The notes below the pieces were generated by a model. It searched no databases. It worked only from the letters and a program-made list of their open reading frames with translations, and was not told the DNA's origin. Below, in pieces: positions 7,725-16,268 of a DNA stretch of 24,000 nt; the first letter of the stretch is position 1; each line of letters opens with the position of its first letter. The translations under genes were made by a program, and so were the position numbers. The stretch lies in contig JAGQMZ010000003.1 in the NCBI GenBank assembly GCA_020428405.1, positions 1 through 24,000 of the forward strand. The letters run 5' to 3'. Source of the DNA: Candidatus Saccharimonadota bacterium. Its GTDB lineage: Bacteria > Patescibacteriota > Saccharimonadia > Saccharimonadales > JAGQNJ01.

Positions 7725-8372
7725 ATGGTATCACTAAGACATGTAGATGCACAGCTAGCTAAAGTTGGCATGAGAAATAGGTTTTTCGCAAGGCCCGAGG
7801 TTAAAGAACTGTGTCATATTCTTGCACCTAATGAAGTAATAAAGCATGCTGTTAATGGTCATTATGATGGAGGTTTCGCGCTATTTATAGCTACAGATAG
7901 ACGTTTACTTTTAATTGATAAAAAACCTTGGTTTTTAACAATGGAAGACATTAGATACGACATGGTTTCTGAGGTGGATTTTTTTGCACGACTAATTGAC
8001 TCATCAGTCAGCCTGAATATGATAAACAAGAAACTTCATTTTACAACTTGGCGGCAGGAAAAAATGCGTAAAATGGTTAGTTATATCCAGCACAAAGTTA
8101 TGGCTTTACAGGGCCACAACCAGCAACCATATGTTGAAGAAGGTTTTTCTCAGGCTGTACCGGCAATGATACAAGACTCAGGTCAGTCTGACCCAGACTT
8201 TGCTTCCAGTTTTCAACAAAAGATTAAGCAGCATTCTTTGGCTCACGTTGCTGGTCAGGTGGCAGTAGACACAGCTAGGAGGAAACCGATAATTAAACCT
8301 CTATACCCACGCCCGTCTTTAGTGGCAAAGTACGGTAGGTCAAAAATTGCCGTAGGGTCTGCCAAAGACTAA
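7725..8372 (+). CDS. Bacterial PH-domain (YokE/bPH-like) protein, function unknown
   Basis: 215 aa with RBS AAGGAGG (7710-7716). LAPNEVIKHAVNGHYDGGFALFIATDRRLLLIDKK resembles the bacterial PH-domain pattern. The C-terminal half is low complexity. Confidence 0.5.
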   Translation: MVSLRHVDAQLAKVGMRNRFFARPEVKELCHILAPNEVIKHAVNGHYDGGFALFIATDRRLLLIDKKPWFLTMEDIRYDMVSEVDFFARLIDSSVSLNMINKKLHFTTWRQEKMRKMVSYIQHKVMALQGHNQQPYVEEGFSQAVPAMIQDSGQSDPDFASSFQQKIKQHSLAHVAGQVAVDTARRKPIIKPLYPRPSLVAKYGRSKIAVGSAKD

Positions 8373-8420
8373 ACGTTAAACCTGAATTTAAAATGTCAAA
8401 AGGCTGTTCTTCAAAAACAT

Positions 8421-9506
8421 CTACACATTAAATCGGAACTCAACAACGTCATCAGGTTGCATTATATAGGTTTTGCCTTCGGTTCTAACTTTGCCAGCAG
8501 ATTTTGCCACTGCTTCTGAGCCATGTTCAACCAGGTCTTTATAGTCTATTACCTGTGCTGCAATAAAGCCACGCTCAAAGTCGCCATGAATCACTCCAGC
8601 GGCTTGCGGGGCAGTGTAACCTTGTTTGATTGTCCAGGCTCGTACTTCTTTTTCGCCGGCAGTTAAGTAGCTTTGTAGGCCTAGTGTTTCATACGCAGCA
8701 TGAATAAGTTGTTCTAGGCCAGATGATCTCACCCCATAGCTTTCTAACAGTTCTGCTCGGTCGCCTTCGTCTAAGTTTTGGAGTTCTTGCTCTAGTTTGG
8801 CGCAGATAAAAATAGCCTGAGACGGCAGGGCAAGTTTGGCTAGAGAGTCTTTTTTATCTTGGTTAGCAAGAGTTTCTTCATCTACGTTAAATACATAAAT
8901 GACTTGCTTCATGGTAATGAGCTGGAGGTCTTTTACTTCTTCTAGTTGTTCTTCGTCAAGTGAATTTGCAGGTTTGCCACTTTCAAGGGCTTGCTTTAAC
9001 TTCTCTGTAATTTCTACTTGTTTTTTTAGTTTTGGGTTTGCTTTGGCTTCTTTGGCAAGCTTGGGTAGGCGGTTTTCTACAGTTTGTAGGTCAGCCAAAA
9101 TAAGTTCAGTGTTAATAGTCTCAATATCTTTCTGGGGGTTATGTTCTTTATCCACATGAACAACGTTGCCGTCGTCAAAAGCTCGCACAACGTGGGCTAT
9201 TGCATTACAGGTTCTGATATTTGCCAAAAATTGATTACCCAAACCTTCGCCTTTACTAGCGCCGGCGACTAGTCCTGCAATATCAACAAAGTTTACAGTT
9301 GCAGGTTTTACAGGAGCATCATTGTATATTTTTGATAGTACATTTAAACGAGGGTCTGGTACAGGAACAATTCCGGTATTGGGTTCAATTGTGGCAAAAG
9401 GGTAGTTAGCCGCTAAAATATTGTTGTTAGTAAGGGCATTAAAAAGTGTGGATTTGCCAACATTTGGTAACCCAACAATACCAATAGATAAACTCATTAC
9501 GTACAT
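8421..9506 (-). CDS. ychF: Ribosome-binding ATPase YchF (Obg-family GTPase)
   Basis: GIVGLPNVGKSTLFNALT P-loop, a coiled-coil insertion and a C-terminal TGS-like domain ending FRFNV. The true start may be the ATG at 9497 (MSLSIGIVG...), 7 nt downstream of a TATAAT that overlaps the 9506 ATG. Confidence 0.93.
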   Translation of the reverse strand: MYVMSLSIGIVGLPNVGKSTLFNALTNNNILAANYPFATIEPNTGIVPVPDPRLNVLSKIYNDAPVKPATVNFVDIAGLVAGASKGEGLGNQFLANIRTCNAIAHVVRAFDDGNVVHVDKEHNPQKDIETINTELILADLQTVENRLPKLAKEAKANPKLKKQVEITEKLKQALESGKPANSLDEEQLEEVKDLQLITMKQVIYVFNVDEETLANQDKKDSLAKLALPSQAIFICAKLEQELQNLDEGDRAELLESYGVRSSGLEQLIHAAYETLGLQSYLTAGEKEVRAWTIKQGYTAPQAAGVIHGDFERGFIAAQVIDYKDLVEHGSEAVAKSAGKVRTEGKTYIMQPDDVVEFRFNV

Positions 9507-9536
9507 TATAACAGGGGTAGAGGATATTTAAAATAG

Positions 9537-9545
9537 TGATATAAT
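9537..9545 (+). promoter_or_regulatory. Extended -10 promoter TGaTATAAT abutting the DUF1801 start codon (leaderless architecture)
   Basis: TG at 9537-9538 and TATAAT at 9540-9545. The ATG at 9552 lies 6 nt after the -10 box, with no SD. Confidence 0.5.
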
Positions 9546-9551
9546 TTTGTT

Positions 9552-9989
9552 ATGAATATGTTTAAAGGTGTTAAGGCAACAAATGTTGAAGAATATTTAG
9601 ATAATGTTCCGGCTGAGCGCAAAGACACTATTAATTTTTTACATCAGTTTATTCAAAAAGCTGCACCTGGCTTAAAGCCACATTTTGCTTACAATATGCT
9701 TGGCTACGGTAGTTTTAAGTACAAAAATTATAAAAAAGAGGATATGGATTGGCCGATTGTAGCACTGGCAAATCAAAAGAACTACGTGAGCGTGTATGTT
9801 TGTGCGGTTGACGGTGGTGAGTATATCGCAGAAAAGAATAAGAATAAACTAGGCAAGGTAAGCGTTGGTAAAAGCTGTATTAGGTTAAAAAAGTTAGAAG
9901 ACGTTAACTTAAATGAGCTAGAAAAAGTAATAAAATTAGCGGCTAAAAACCCGGGCCTGGTTGGCGCTGGAGAGCATAAAAACAAATAA
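9552..9989 (+). CDS. DUF1801 (YdhG-like) domain protein
   Basis: 145 aa. The pattern VEEYLDNVPAERKDTINFLHQFI...YGSFKYKN....WPIVALANQKNYVSVYV matches my recollection of the DUF1801 family. Confidence 0.65.
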   Translation: MNMFKGVKATNVEEYLDNVPAERKDTINFLHQFIQKAAPGLKPHFAYNMLGYGSFKYKNYKKEDMDWPIVALANQKNYVSVYVCAVDGGEYIAEKNKNKLGKVSVGKSCIRLKKLEDVNLNELEKVIKLAAKNPGLVGAGEHKNK

Positions 9990-10036
9990 CCGAAGTTTAA
10001 AAACCATAAGCACTGTAGTACAATTAGTAGCTAGTT

Positions 10037-10411
10037 ATGGCCGATAATAAAACAAAGCTTTCTAGTGGTGGAGAAACGCATGAGGTAACTAGGGATAGTT
10101 CATGGAGGAGTAGGTTTAAATCAAAACTCAATTCTTTTAGTTACCACCAAAAAGTATTAGTAGCTTTCATTGTAATTGGGGTTGTGGCCACACTAGGCTT
10201 TGCGATACTTATAGCCTTTGATACTTCAGATCAGGATAATGGACTTATACAGGTGGATAATCAGGAAATAGATCAAGCAACACTTGATCAAGCACTTGAG
10301 CAAGCTGAAAAAGACCCTTCATCAATCCCTTCTGGTGCATTCATGCCAGAATTAGGGGAAGATTACTTTACAGCCGATAGTAACGCAAGTGATACGGAGT
10401 CATTTCAGTAA
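10037..10411 (+). CDS. Module A small single-pass membrane protein (124 aa, acidic C-terminal ectodomain)
   Basis: ORF with one TM helix (VLVAFIVIGVVATLGFAILIAF). Its stop overlaps the next start as TAATG, indicating translational coupling. I recognise no family. Confidence 0.55.
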   Translation: MADNKTKLSSGGETHEVTRDSSWRSRFKSKLNSFSYHQKVLVAFIVIGVVATLGFAILIAFDTSDQDNGLIQVDNQEIDQATLDQALEQAEKDPSSIPSGAFMPELGEDYFTADSNASDTESFQ

Positions 10412-12549
10412 TGAATTATCAACACGGAGCTAAAAACATACTAGTTTCTAAAAGAAACATTATTTTAATTAGCTTAATTATTACATTAGCGATTCTGGCT
10501 GTAAGTGTTGTATTATCTGGGACTGCTTTTGCCAACGGAGCCGTTGGTACTGGCGGTAGTGGTAGTGGTGGTGGTACAGGTGGTGGTGGATACAATTCTA
10601 GGAATGGCTTTACGTGGGCTGCATATGATATTAATGGCCCAGGCCCAAGCGGGGGCTTTAGGAATGGTGCTTCTTGGGGATCTATTAGGTCTGTATGTCA
10701 AGGGGTAAACGCAGGTAGTATTAGTATTTATGTAATACGCAGTGCAAATACAAACCAATTTAGAGGATATAACTATAATCAAGATTGGAGTATAGGTAAA
10801 ATTGCTGATGGTTCTGTTATAGATGGTGGGAGAGCTACGGCAATTCCAAGCTACTGGGCTAGGGCTGCGTTTGATGCTTTGCCAGCAGCTGCGAAAGCAG
10901 GCTATACTTTTGGTGGATCAAATGGAAATGTATCTTGGCTTTGCACCGGCTTAGGTAATAATCCAAATCCTCAAGGCAGATCGCTATTTAGTTGTTCTCG
11001 TGGGTTTCAGGGATGGGCATTAGATGCAGATAACTTAAGTGCACGTCTTGGTGTTGCGGTATTAGTTAGGAGGAGTGGCACTACTGCGTGGAGTACATTA
11101 AGCCTTACTACTGCAAACCAGCCAATACCTGAACCGCCATTCAATAGATCAAATCTGGCCGCATTTGGTGTAAGTGGTAACCGTGGCTTTACGGTCTCAT
11201 TGCCAAGCTCGTATAGGGACAATCTATCTTATGATTGGATGATTATTGCGGCTAATGCAACTGGCACACCAGGTGCTCCAATTGCAAATATAACCCTTCT
11301 AGATGGAGCACCATTCAGTAGTTTTAGGTGTCCGACACCATGGGACGTAGGCGTAAATGTAAGCTGTGATGTAGATGCCGGTACAATAACCTTTTCGGTT
11401 TCAAAAACCGGAACCGTTCCAGGTAATGTGACTGTTACCAGAAGTGCAAGACTGACAAATCCTGTTCGTGCTTTAGCTCCTTCTTCTCCAGTAACTTTGA
11501 ACAACAGTCAAATACCATGGTCACAGACATATGACATAAATCCCCAGCCCGACCTTGGTCAGCATGTAGAGTCTAGTATATCTATTTCGCCCGGTGGCGC
11601 AGGAACTTCAAATAACACAAGTAACGATAGTGATAGTTGTAGTGATGGCCCCCGCACCGCCAAACCCTACCTCCGTGTATACGGCGGGGACGTAGTAACT
11701 GGTCTTGATTTCCAAGCATCTGATGGAACCTGCTCTGGTATAAAAGATACTACAGCAGGCATTAACGCCCATTCCAGAAATGCAGGGGGTAATCTAGTAG
11801 GTGCTGGCTCACAGTTTGCCACTAGTGCCGCCGGCCAAATCGTATCATTTATTTCTGCCGCTAACCACAACGGAGCAGCCTCAACTAATACAAGACCGTT
11901 TAAAGACTTAATGTTTAGTAATACTACATCTGGCAACTATGGTAATGACATAGGTGCCTACAGCGGCTGCCTGCCTGACTACTCTAAATTAATGGATACT
12001 ACTGGGGGTGCTAGTAGTTATACCCCGGGATCTACTATTGCAGCCAATAGCTCTGGCGGTATTCGTCGTTACCATGAAGGTAATCTTGACATAACAGGAG
12101 ACATTACATTACTACCATCACAAACCATTGATGCTGATAACGGCTTTGTTAACATCATTATTGTTAAAGGTGGCGACATACGTATAGCTCCAGTAGTAAC
12201 ACAAATAGATGCTTTGCTAGTGGCTATACCAGATGATTCTGGCAATGGCGGTACTATAGACACTTGTTACTTAAGTACAGTAGCAACCGGAGGCCCTTGT
12301 GTTAACAAACTAACCATAAATGGATCATTGGTTGCTAATAAGATAGAATTTGACCGTCTAGGTGGTGATTTACGAGATGCAGGTAGTGATGAAACGCCAG
12401 GCAGTGGCAGCATAGCCGAAGTCATCAACTACCCAGCTTACCTAAACTTTGTCTTTACAGGCCTAGTAGAAAATTCAGTACCAGCAGCCTCATCCCCACT
12501 TAACATAGGGGATTATGATAGTATTGCTGAATTACCGCCAGTTTTGTAG
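10411..12549 (+). CDS. Module A large secreted protein (712 aa): unique N-terminal region plus shared C-terminal domain
   Basis: Signal or anchor sequence with an AFA-NG cleavage-like site, then a Gly-rich linker (GTGGSGSGGGTGGGG). The C-terminal 289 aa, from AKPYLRVYGGDVVTG, are identical to those of the 13165-15177 product. I recognise no family. Confidence 0.75.
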   Translation: MNYQHGAKNILVSKRNIILISLIITLAILAVSVVLSGTAFANGAVGTGGSGSGGGTGGGGYNSRNGFTWAAYDINGPGPSGGFRNGASWGSIRSVCQGVNAGSISIYVIRSANTNQFRGYNYNQDWSIGKIADGSVIDGGRATAIPSYWARAAFDALPAAAKAGYTFGGSNGNVSWLCTGLGNNPNPQGRSLFSCSRGFQGWALDADNLSARLGVAVLVRRSGTTAWSTLSLTTANQPIPEPPFNRSNLAAFGVSGNRGFTVSLPSSYRDNLSYDWMIIAANATGTPGAPIANITLLDGAPFSSFRCPTPWDVGVNVSCDVDAGTITFSVSKTGTVPGNVTVTRSARLTNPVRALAPSSPVTLNNSQIPWSQTYDINPQPDLGQHVESSISISPGGAGTSNNTSNDSDSCSDGPRTAKPYLRVYGGDVVTGLDFQASDGTCSGIKDTTAGINAHSRNAGGNLVGAGSQFATSAAGQIVSFISAANHNGAASTNTRPFKDLMFSNTTSGNYGNDIGAYSGCLPDYSKLMDTTGGASSYTPGSTIAANSSGGIRRYHEGNLDITGDITLLPSQTIDADNGFVNIIIVKGGDIRIAPVVTQIDALLVAIPDDSGNGGTIDTCYLSTVATGGPCVNKLTINGSLVANKIEFDRLGGDLRDAGSDETPGSGSIAEVINYPAYLNFVFTGLVENSVPAASSPLNIGDYDSIAELPPVL
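11659..12525 (+). repeat. 867 bp perfect direct repeat, copy 1 (inside the 712 aa ORF)
   Basis: I compared it by eye, line by line, with 14287-15153 at an offset of 2628 bp and found no mismatch. The antisense ORFs in the track (11667-11936 vs 14295-14564, and 12069-12263 vs 14697-14891) are also identical. Confidence 0.95.
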
Positions 12550-12587
12550 GTAAATCATAAGCAGTATAGTACAATTTAAATAATTGT

Positions 12588-13178
12588 ATGAGTGAGTCAT
12601 CAACTGAACAACAAGGTAAAACTTTTATTGAGAAAAAGCCACCAAGCAAGTGGAAAAAAATTGCAAACTTTAAAGCTTATAGTAAAAAAAATAAAATATT
12701 AGCTGTGATAGCAGTTTTAATAATATTTTCTAGCGTAGTAAGTTTGATTGGTTATAAATATTGGCAATCAAGATATTACATTTCCCCAGAAGAAGAAGCA
12801 CTAGTTTTACAAGAAGCAAAAGATTTAATGATACAAGGTGACTTTGAAGCTGCCGATGCAAAATACCAATATTTAATTAGTAAAAAGTTATACAGCCAAG
12901 ACAAAGCAAATATATATCAAACTCAGTCAAAGCTTTGTGGTGATCTTAATAAGTATGACTGTAGCTTAACGGCATGGAAAAATTCTGGCCAACTTATTAA
13001 GCCTGACTATCAGTACTACTTAACGTTGGCAAATCTATTAAGTATAAACGGTGATGAATCAGGTAGCATTATTGCTTATCGACAAGCATATCAAAATATG
13101 GAAAATAACCTTGATTTAAGTGACGAGGATAAAGAATTAAAATCTGAATTAAAGGAGTACCTAAATGCTAACCAATAA
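12588..13178 (+). CDS. Module B small single-pass membrane protein with a TPR-like helical ectodomain (196 aa)
   Basis: One TM helix (ILAVIAVLIIFSSVVSLIGY), then helical-repeat-like sequence (AKDLMIQGDFEAADAKYQYLI..., YYLTLANLLSINGDESGSIIAYRQAYQ). It overlaps the next ORF by 14 nt and contains that ORF's RBS, AAGGAG (13153-13158). Confidence 0.6.
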   Translation: MSESSTEQQGKTFIEKKPPSKWKKIANFKAYSKKNKILAVIAVLIIFSSVVSLIGYKYWQSRYYISPEEEALVLQEAKDLMIQGDFEAADAKYQYLISKKLYSQDKANIYQTQSKLCGDLNKYDCSLTAWKNSGQLIKPDYQYYLTLANLLSINGDESGSIIAYRQAYQNMENNLDLSDEDKELKSELKEYLNANQ

Positions 13179-15177
13179 GATAAAGAAGTATCTTTTAATT
13201 TCATCGATTATGCTTGGTAGTTTTTTGGGAGTGATTATTGTAAATACATCTAATGCTGAAGCAGCCACCGTTTACATCCCTATGAGCTATAATAGTCCGT
13301 CGCCCGGGCTTTTAAATGCTTACAAGGATCGGCCGGGAACACCACAATATGCAATAGTTGGGCCAGCCACTACCTCTCGTGGTATATTGAATGAAAGGTA
13401 TAGTGAATCTTTATCTCCAGGTGCAAGGAATTTTATAAGACGAGTTTTTTCGGCTGAAGCTAGATTTAACATACCTCCTTGCGCATCAGGTTTATCTATA
13501 TCTATGACAGGTCTCGGGGGGAGTGGTGGGCAAAGCGTCTCTTTTAGAGGTTATTCTGGGCCAAGAGGTTCCGAGGGAGCATTTTACCCTCCCACATATG
13601 ACTGGCCTGAAGCTCGAGCTGATATCTGGAGTAATTCAAATGGTACTGGTCTATTGGCAACTTCCTTTGCCCCCGCTTTAGCAGATATTGGCCCAGGTGA
13701 TACTGTAACATTTTCGTCATCTTCTTTTAGCCCAAGTAATGTATACATAACTCCTGCTGATTTAAGTAACGGTATTACCTTTTCTTTTTGGGTAGAGACG
13801 TTTGACCAGCTTAGTAATCAAGGTTTATTTGGTATTGGCAGGCAATGGAGCTTTAATTTGACTGGAAGTCCGTTTCTAAGAGTAACCTATAATACTGACA
13901 GCTGCCCATCATTCAATTTAAATGCCAATATAGATATTGATCGTAACACTGGTGACGTTGACTTTTCGTCATACAACAGTGGGAATGGAGCCTCACGTTT
14001 TAGCGATGGTGCCGGCGCACGCGTAATTCGACAAGTCTGGGTGAATGGTGCTCCTCAACTTTCTGGTTCTAATAACACCTCTAGAGAGATAATTAATCCT
14101 AGTGCAAACTGGCAAGATAACTGGTCTGGAGCTTCTGTCCTTCCTGGTGATGTAATATGTGCTGAACTTACAGTTGGTCCAAGGTCTGGGTTAACTGACT
14201 TTGCAGTTTTTAGCGAGCCCCCATCTCCGCTTACAAATCAATACGCTCACCAAGGAGGCTTAAATGTAAACTGTGTTACTAATGTTGCCAAACCCTACCT
14301 CCGTGTATACGGCGGGGACGTAGTAACTGGTCTTGATTTCCAAGCATCTGATGGAACCTGCTCTGGTATAAAAGATACTACAGCAGGCATTAACGCCCAT
14401 TCCAGAAATGCAGGGGGTAATCTAGTAGGTGCTGGCTCACAGTTTGCCACTAGTGCCGCCGGCCAAATCGTATCATTTATTTCTGCCGCTAACCACAACG
14501 GAGCAGCCTCAACTAATACAAGACCGTTTAAAGACTTAATGTTTAGTAATACTACATCTGGCAACTATGGTAATGACATAGGTGCCTACAGCGGCTGCCT
14601 GCCTGACTACTCTAAATTAATGGATACTACTGGGGGTGCTAGTAGTTATACCCCGGGATCTACTATTGCAGCCAATAGCTCTGGCGGTATTCGTCGTTAC
14701 CATGAAGGTAATCTTGACATAACAGGAGACATTACATTACTACCATCACAAACCATTGATGCTGATAACGGCTTTGTTAACATCATTATTGTTAAAGGTG
14801 GCGACATACGTATAGCTCCAGTAGTAACACAAATAGATGCTTTGCTAGTGGCTATACCAGATGATTCTGGCAATGGCGGTACTATAGACACTTGTTACTT
14901 AAGTACAGTAGCAACCGGAGGCCCTTGTGTTAACAAACTAACCATAAATGGATCATTGGTTGCTAATAAGATAGAATTTGACCGTCTAGGTGGTGATTTA
15001 CGAGATGCAGGTAGTGATGAAACGCCAGGCAGTGGCAGCATAGCCGAAGTCATCAACTACCCAGCTTACCTAAACTTTGTCTTTACAGGCCTAGTAGAAA
15101 ATTCAGTACCAGCAGCCTCATCCCCACTTAACATAGGGGATTATGATAGTATTAGCGAGCAGCCACCTATTTTGTAA
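13165..15177 (+). CDS. Module B large secreted protein (670 aa): unique N-terminal region plus shared C-terminal domain
   Basis: Signal peptide (LLISSIMLGSFLGVIIVNTSNAEA-AT). The N-terminal 375 aa or so show at most faint similarity to module A. The C-terminal 289 aa are identical to module A, and the last 7 aa diverge again (SEQPPIL vs AELPPVL). Confidence 0.75.
   Translation: MLTNKIKKYLLISSIMLGSFLGVIIVNTSNAEAATVYIPMSYNSPSPGLLNAYKDRPGTPQYAIVGPATTSRGILNERYSESLSPGARNFIRRVFSAEARFNIPPCASGLSISMTGLGGSGGQSVSFRGYSGPRGSEGAFYPPTYDWPEARADIWSNSNGTGLLATSFAPALADIGPGDTVTFSSSSFSPSNVYITPADLSNGITFSFWVETFDQLSNQGLFGIGRQWSFNLTGSPFLRVTYNTDSCPSFNLNANIDIDRNTGDVDFSSYNSGNGASRFSDGAGARVIRQVWVNGAPQLSGSNNTSREIINPSANWQDNWSGASVLPGDVICAELTVGPRSGLTDFAVFSEPPSPLTNQYAHQGGLNVNCVTNVAKPYLRVYGGDVVTGLDFQASDGTCSGIKDTTAGINAHSRNAGGNLVGAGSQFATSAAGQIVSFISAANHNGAASTNTRPFKDLMFSNTTSGNYGNDIGAYSGCLPDYSKLMDTTGGASSYTPGSTIAANSSGGIRRYHEGNLDITGDITLLPSQTIDADNGFVNIIIVKGGDIRIAPVVTQIDALLVAIPDDSGNGGTIDTCYLSTVATGGPCVNKLTINGSLVANKIEFDRLGGDLRDAGSDETPGSGSIAEVINYPAYLNFVFTGLVENSVPAASSPLNIGDYDSISEQPPIL
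14287..15153 (+). repeat. 867 bp perfect direct repeat, copy 2 (inside the 670 aa ORF)
   Basis: Identical to 11659-12525. Identity begins at GCCAAACCCTACC and ends at ...GATAGTATT in both copies. Confidence 0.95.
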
Positions 15178-15193
15178 AAAGAAAAAAGCAGTA

Positions 15194-15220
15194 TTGCATA
15201 CAAAATGCTTATGCTATAAT
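15194..15220 (+). promoter_or_regulatory. Promoter of the pilM operon: TTGCAT-N15-(TGc)TATAAT
   Basis: TTGCAT at 15194-15199, an extended -10 TG at 15212-15213 and TATAAT at 15215-15220. The pilM ATG lies 10 nt after the -10 box, with no SD. Confidence 0.5.
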
Positions 15221-15230
15221 CAGACATAAC

Positions 15231-16268
15231 ATGAGCTTATTAACTGGTGTTTCTGACTTTTTTGGCCTAGACATCGGTACCACAGCAGTAAGACTAGTAG
15301 AATTACGAGGGGGTGGGCCGGTAAAACCATTGGTGCGTTACGGATATGTGCCAATTGATATTCGTTTGGCAGTAAGTGACTCTAAGCCTGATCAGCAAAA
15401 AACGGCTCAGGTGTTAAAAGATTTATTAGTACAATCTAAGGTTACAAGCAGAAATGTAGTTGTTGGTATTCCGTCACAAAGAGTTTTTACTACGCTTGTT
15501 GATATAGACAAACTAGAAGGTGACGAGCTTGATAAATCTATTAAGCTTCAGGTTGATTCAATAATACCTACGCAAGCTTCTGAATCTAAGATTGATTGGG
15601 TTGTGCTTGGTGATTCACCGAAAGATCAAAATAAAGTAGAAATTTTACTAACAAGCGTTCCTAATGAGTACGTTGAGGGAAGGTTAGATATGTTGGAGTC
15701 AATAGGCCTTAATGTTATTGCTTTTGAGCCGGATAACATTGCTCTAACCAGATCTTTAGTTGCGCCAGACGCCACGTTGCCGCAAATGGTGGTCGATGTT
15801 GGTCAGAATAGTACGGATATAGTTATAACTATGAATGGCGCACCAAGACTAACTAGATCAATTCCCACAGGAGCGGGGGCAGTTGTGAAGGCTGCCATGC
15901 AAAACTTAAATATTGATGAACAACAAGCTCACCAATTTGTGTATAAGTTTGGTCTTAGCCAGGATAGGCTTGAGGGCCAGATATACAACGCGGTAATTAG
16001 TACGGTTGATATTATGGAGGCTGAGCTAGAAAAATCTATAAAATTCTTTGCAAATAGGTATCAAACACAAATTGAAAGAATTATTGTATCTGGTGCAGCA
16101 TCAGTAATGCCAGATTTGCCAGCCTATATTGCAAATAAGACAGGACTAAGTGTAGAAATAGGTAATGCTTGGCGAAATGTTAGCGTAGGCTCAGCCCAGC
16201 AAAATGATTTAATGGCGCTATCACCATATTTTGGGGTAGCAGCAGGTTTAGCGGAGAGAAATGAATAA
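15231..16268 (+). CDS. pilM: Type IV pilus assembly protein PilM (actin-like ATPase fold)
   Basis: 345 aa. FGLDIGTTAVRLVEL is the N-terminal actin-fold phosphate motif. The gene sits first in a pilMNO-pilBTC cluster. Confidence 0.85.
   Translation: MSLLTGVSDFFGLDIGTTAVRLVELRGGGPVKPLVRYGYVPIDIRLAVSDSKPDQQKTAQVLKDLLVQSKVTSRNVVVGIPSQRVFTTLVDIDKLEGDELDKSIKLQVDSIIPTQASESKIDWVVLGDSPKDQNKVEILLTSVPNEYVEGRLDMLESIGLNVIAFEPDNIALTRSLVAPDATLPQMVVDVGQNSTDIVITMNGAPRLTRSIPTGAGAVVKAAMQNLNIDEQQAHQFVYKFGLSQDRLEGQIYNAVISTVDIMEAELEKSIKFFANRYQTQIERIIVSGAASVMPDLPAYIANKTGLSVEIGNAWRNVSVGSAQQNDLMALSPYFGVAAGLAERNE

Noticed and set aside
5631-9985. Antisense ORFs inside tlyA (5631-6011), the Crp/Fnr gene (6982-7317), ychF (8899-9159) and the DUF1801 gene (9782-9985)
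   Set aside because: Each is fully embedded opposite a gene with clear family signatures. I take them to be shadow ORFs.
10505-14891. Short ORFs on both strands within the two large secreted-protein genes (10505-10708, 10513-10782, 11007-11222, 11229-11504, 11667-11936, 12069-12263, 14295-14564, 14697-14891)
   Set aside because: They are embedded in the long ORFs. Two pairs are duplicated only because they lie inside the 867 bp repeat. They served only as an independent check of nucleotide identity.
11659-15153. Reading the 867 bp repeat as an insertion sequence or other mobile element
   Set aside because: I saw no transposase, integrase, terminal inverted repeats or target-site duplication. 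Both copies are in frame within larger ORFs and encode the same protein domain.
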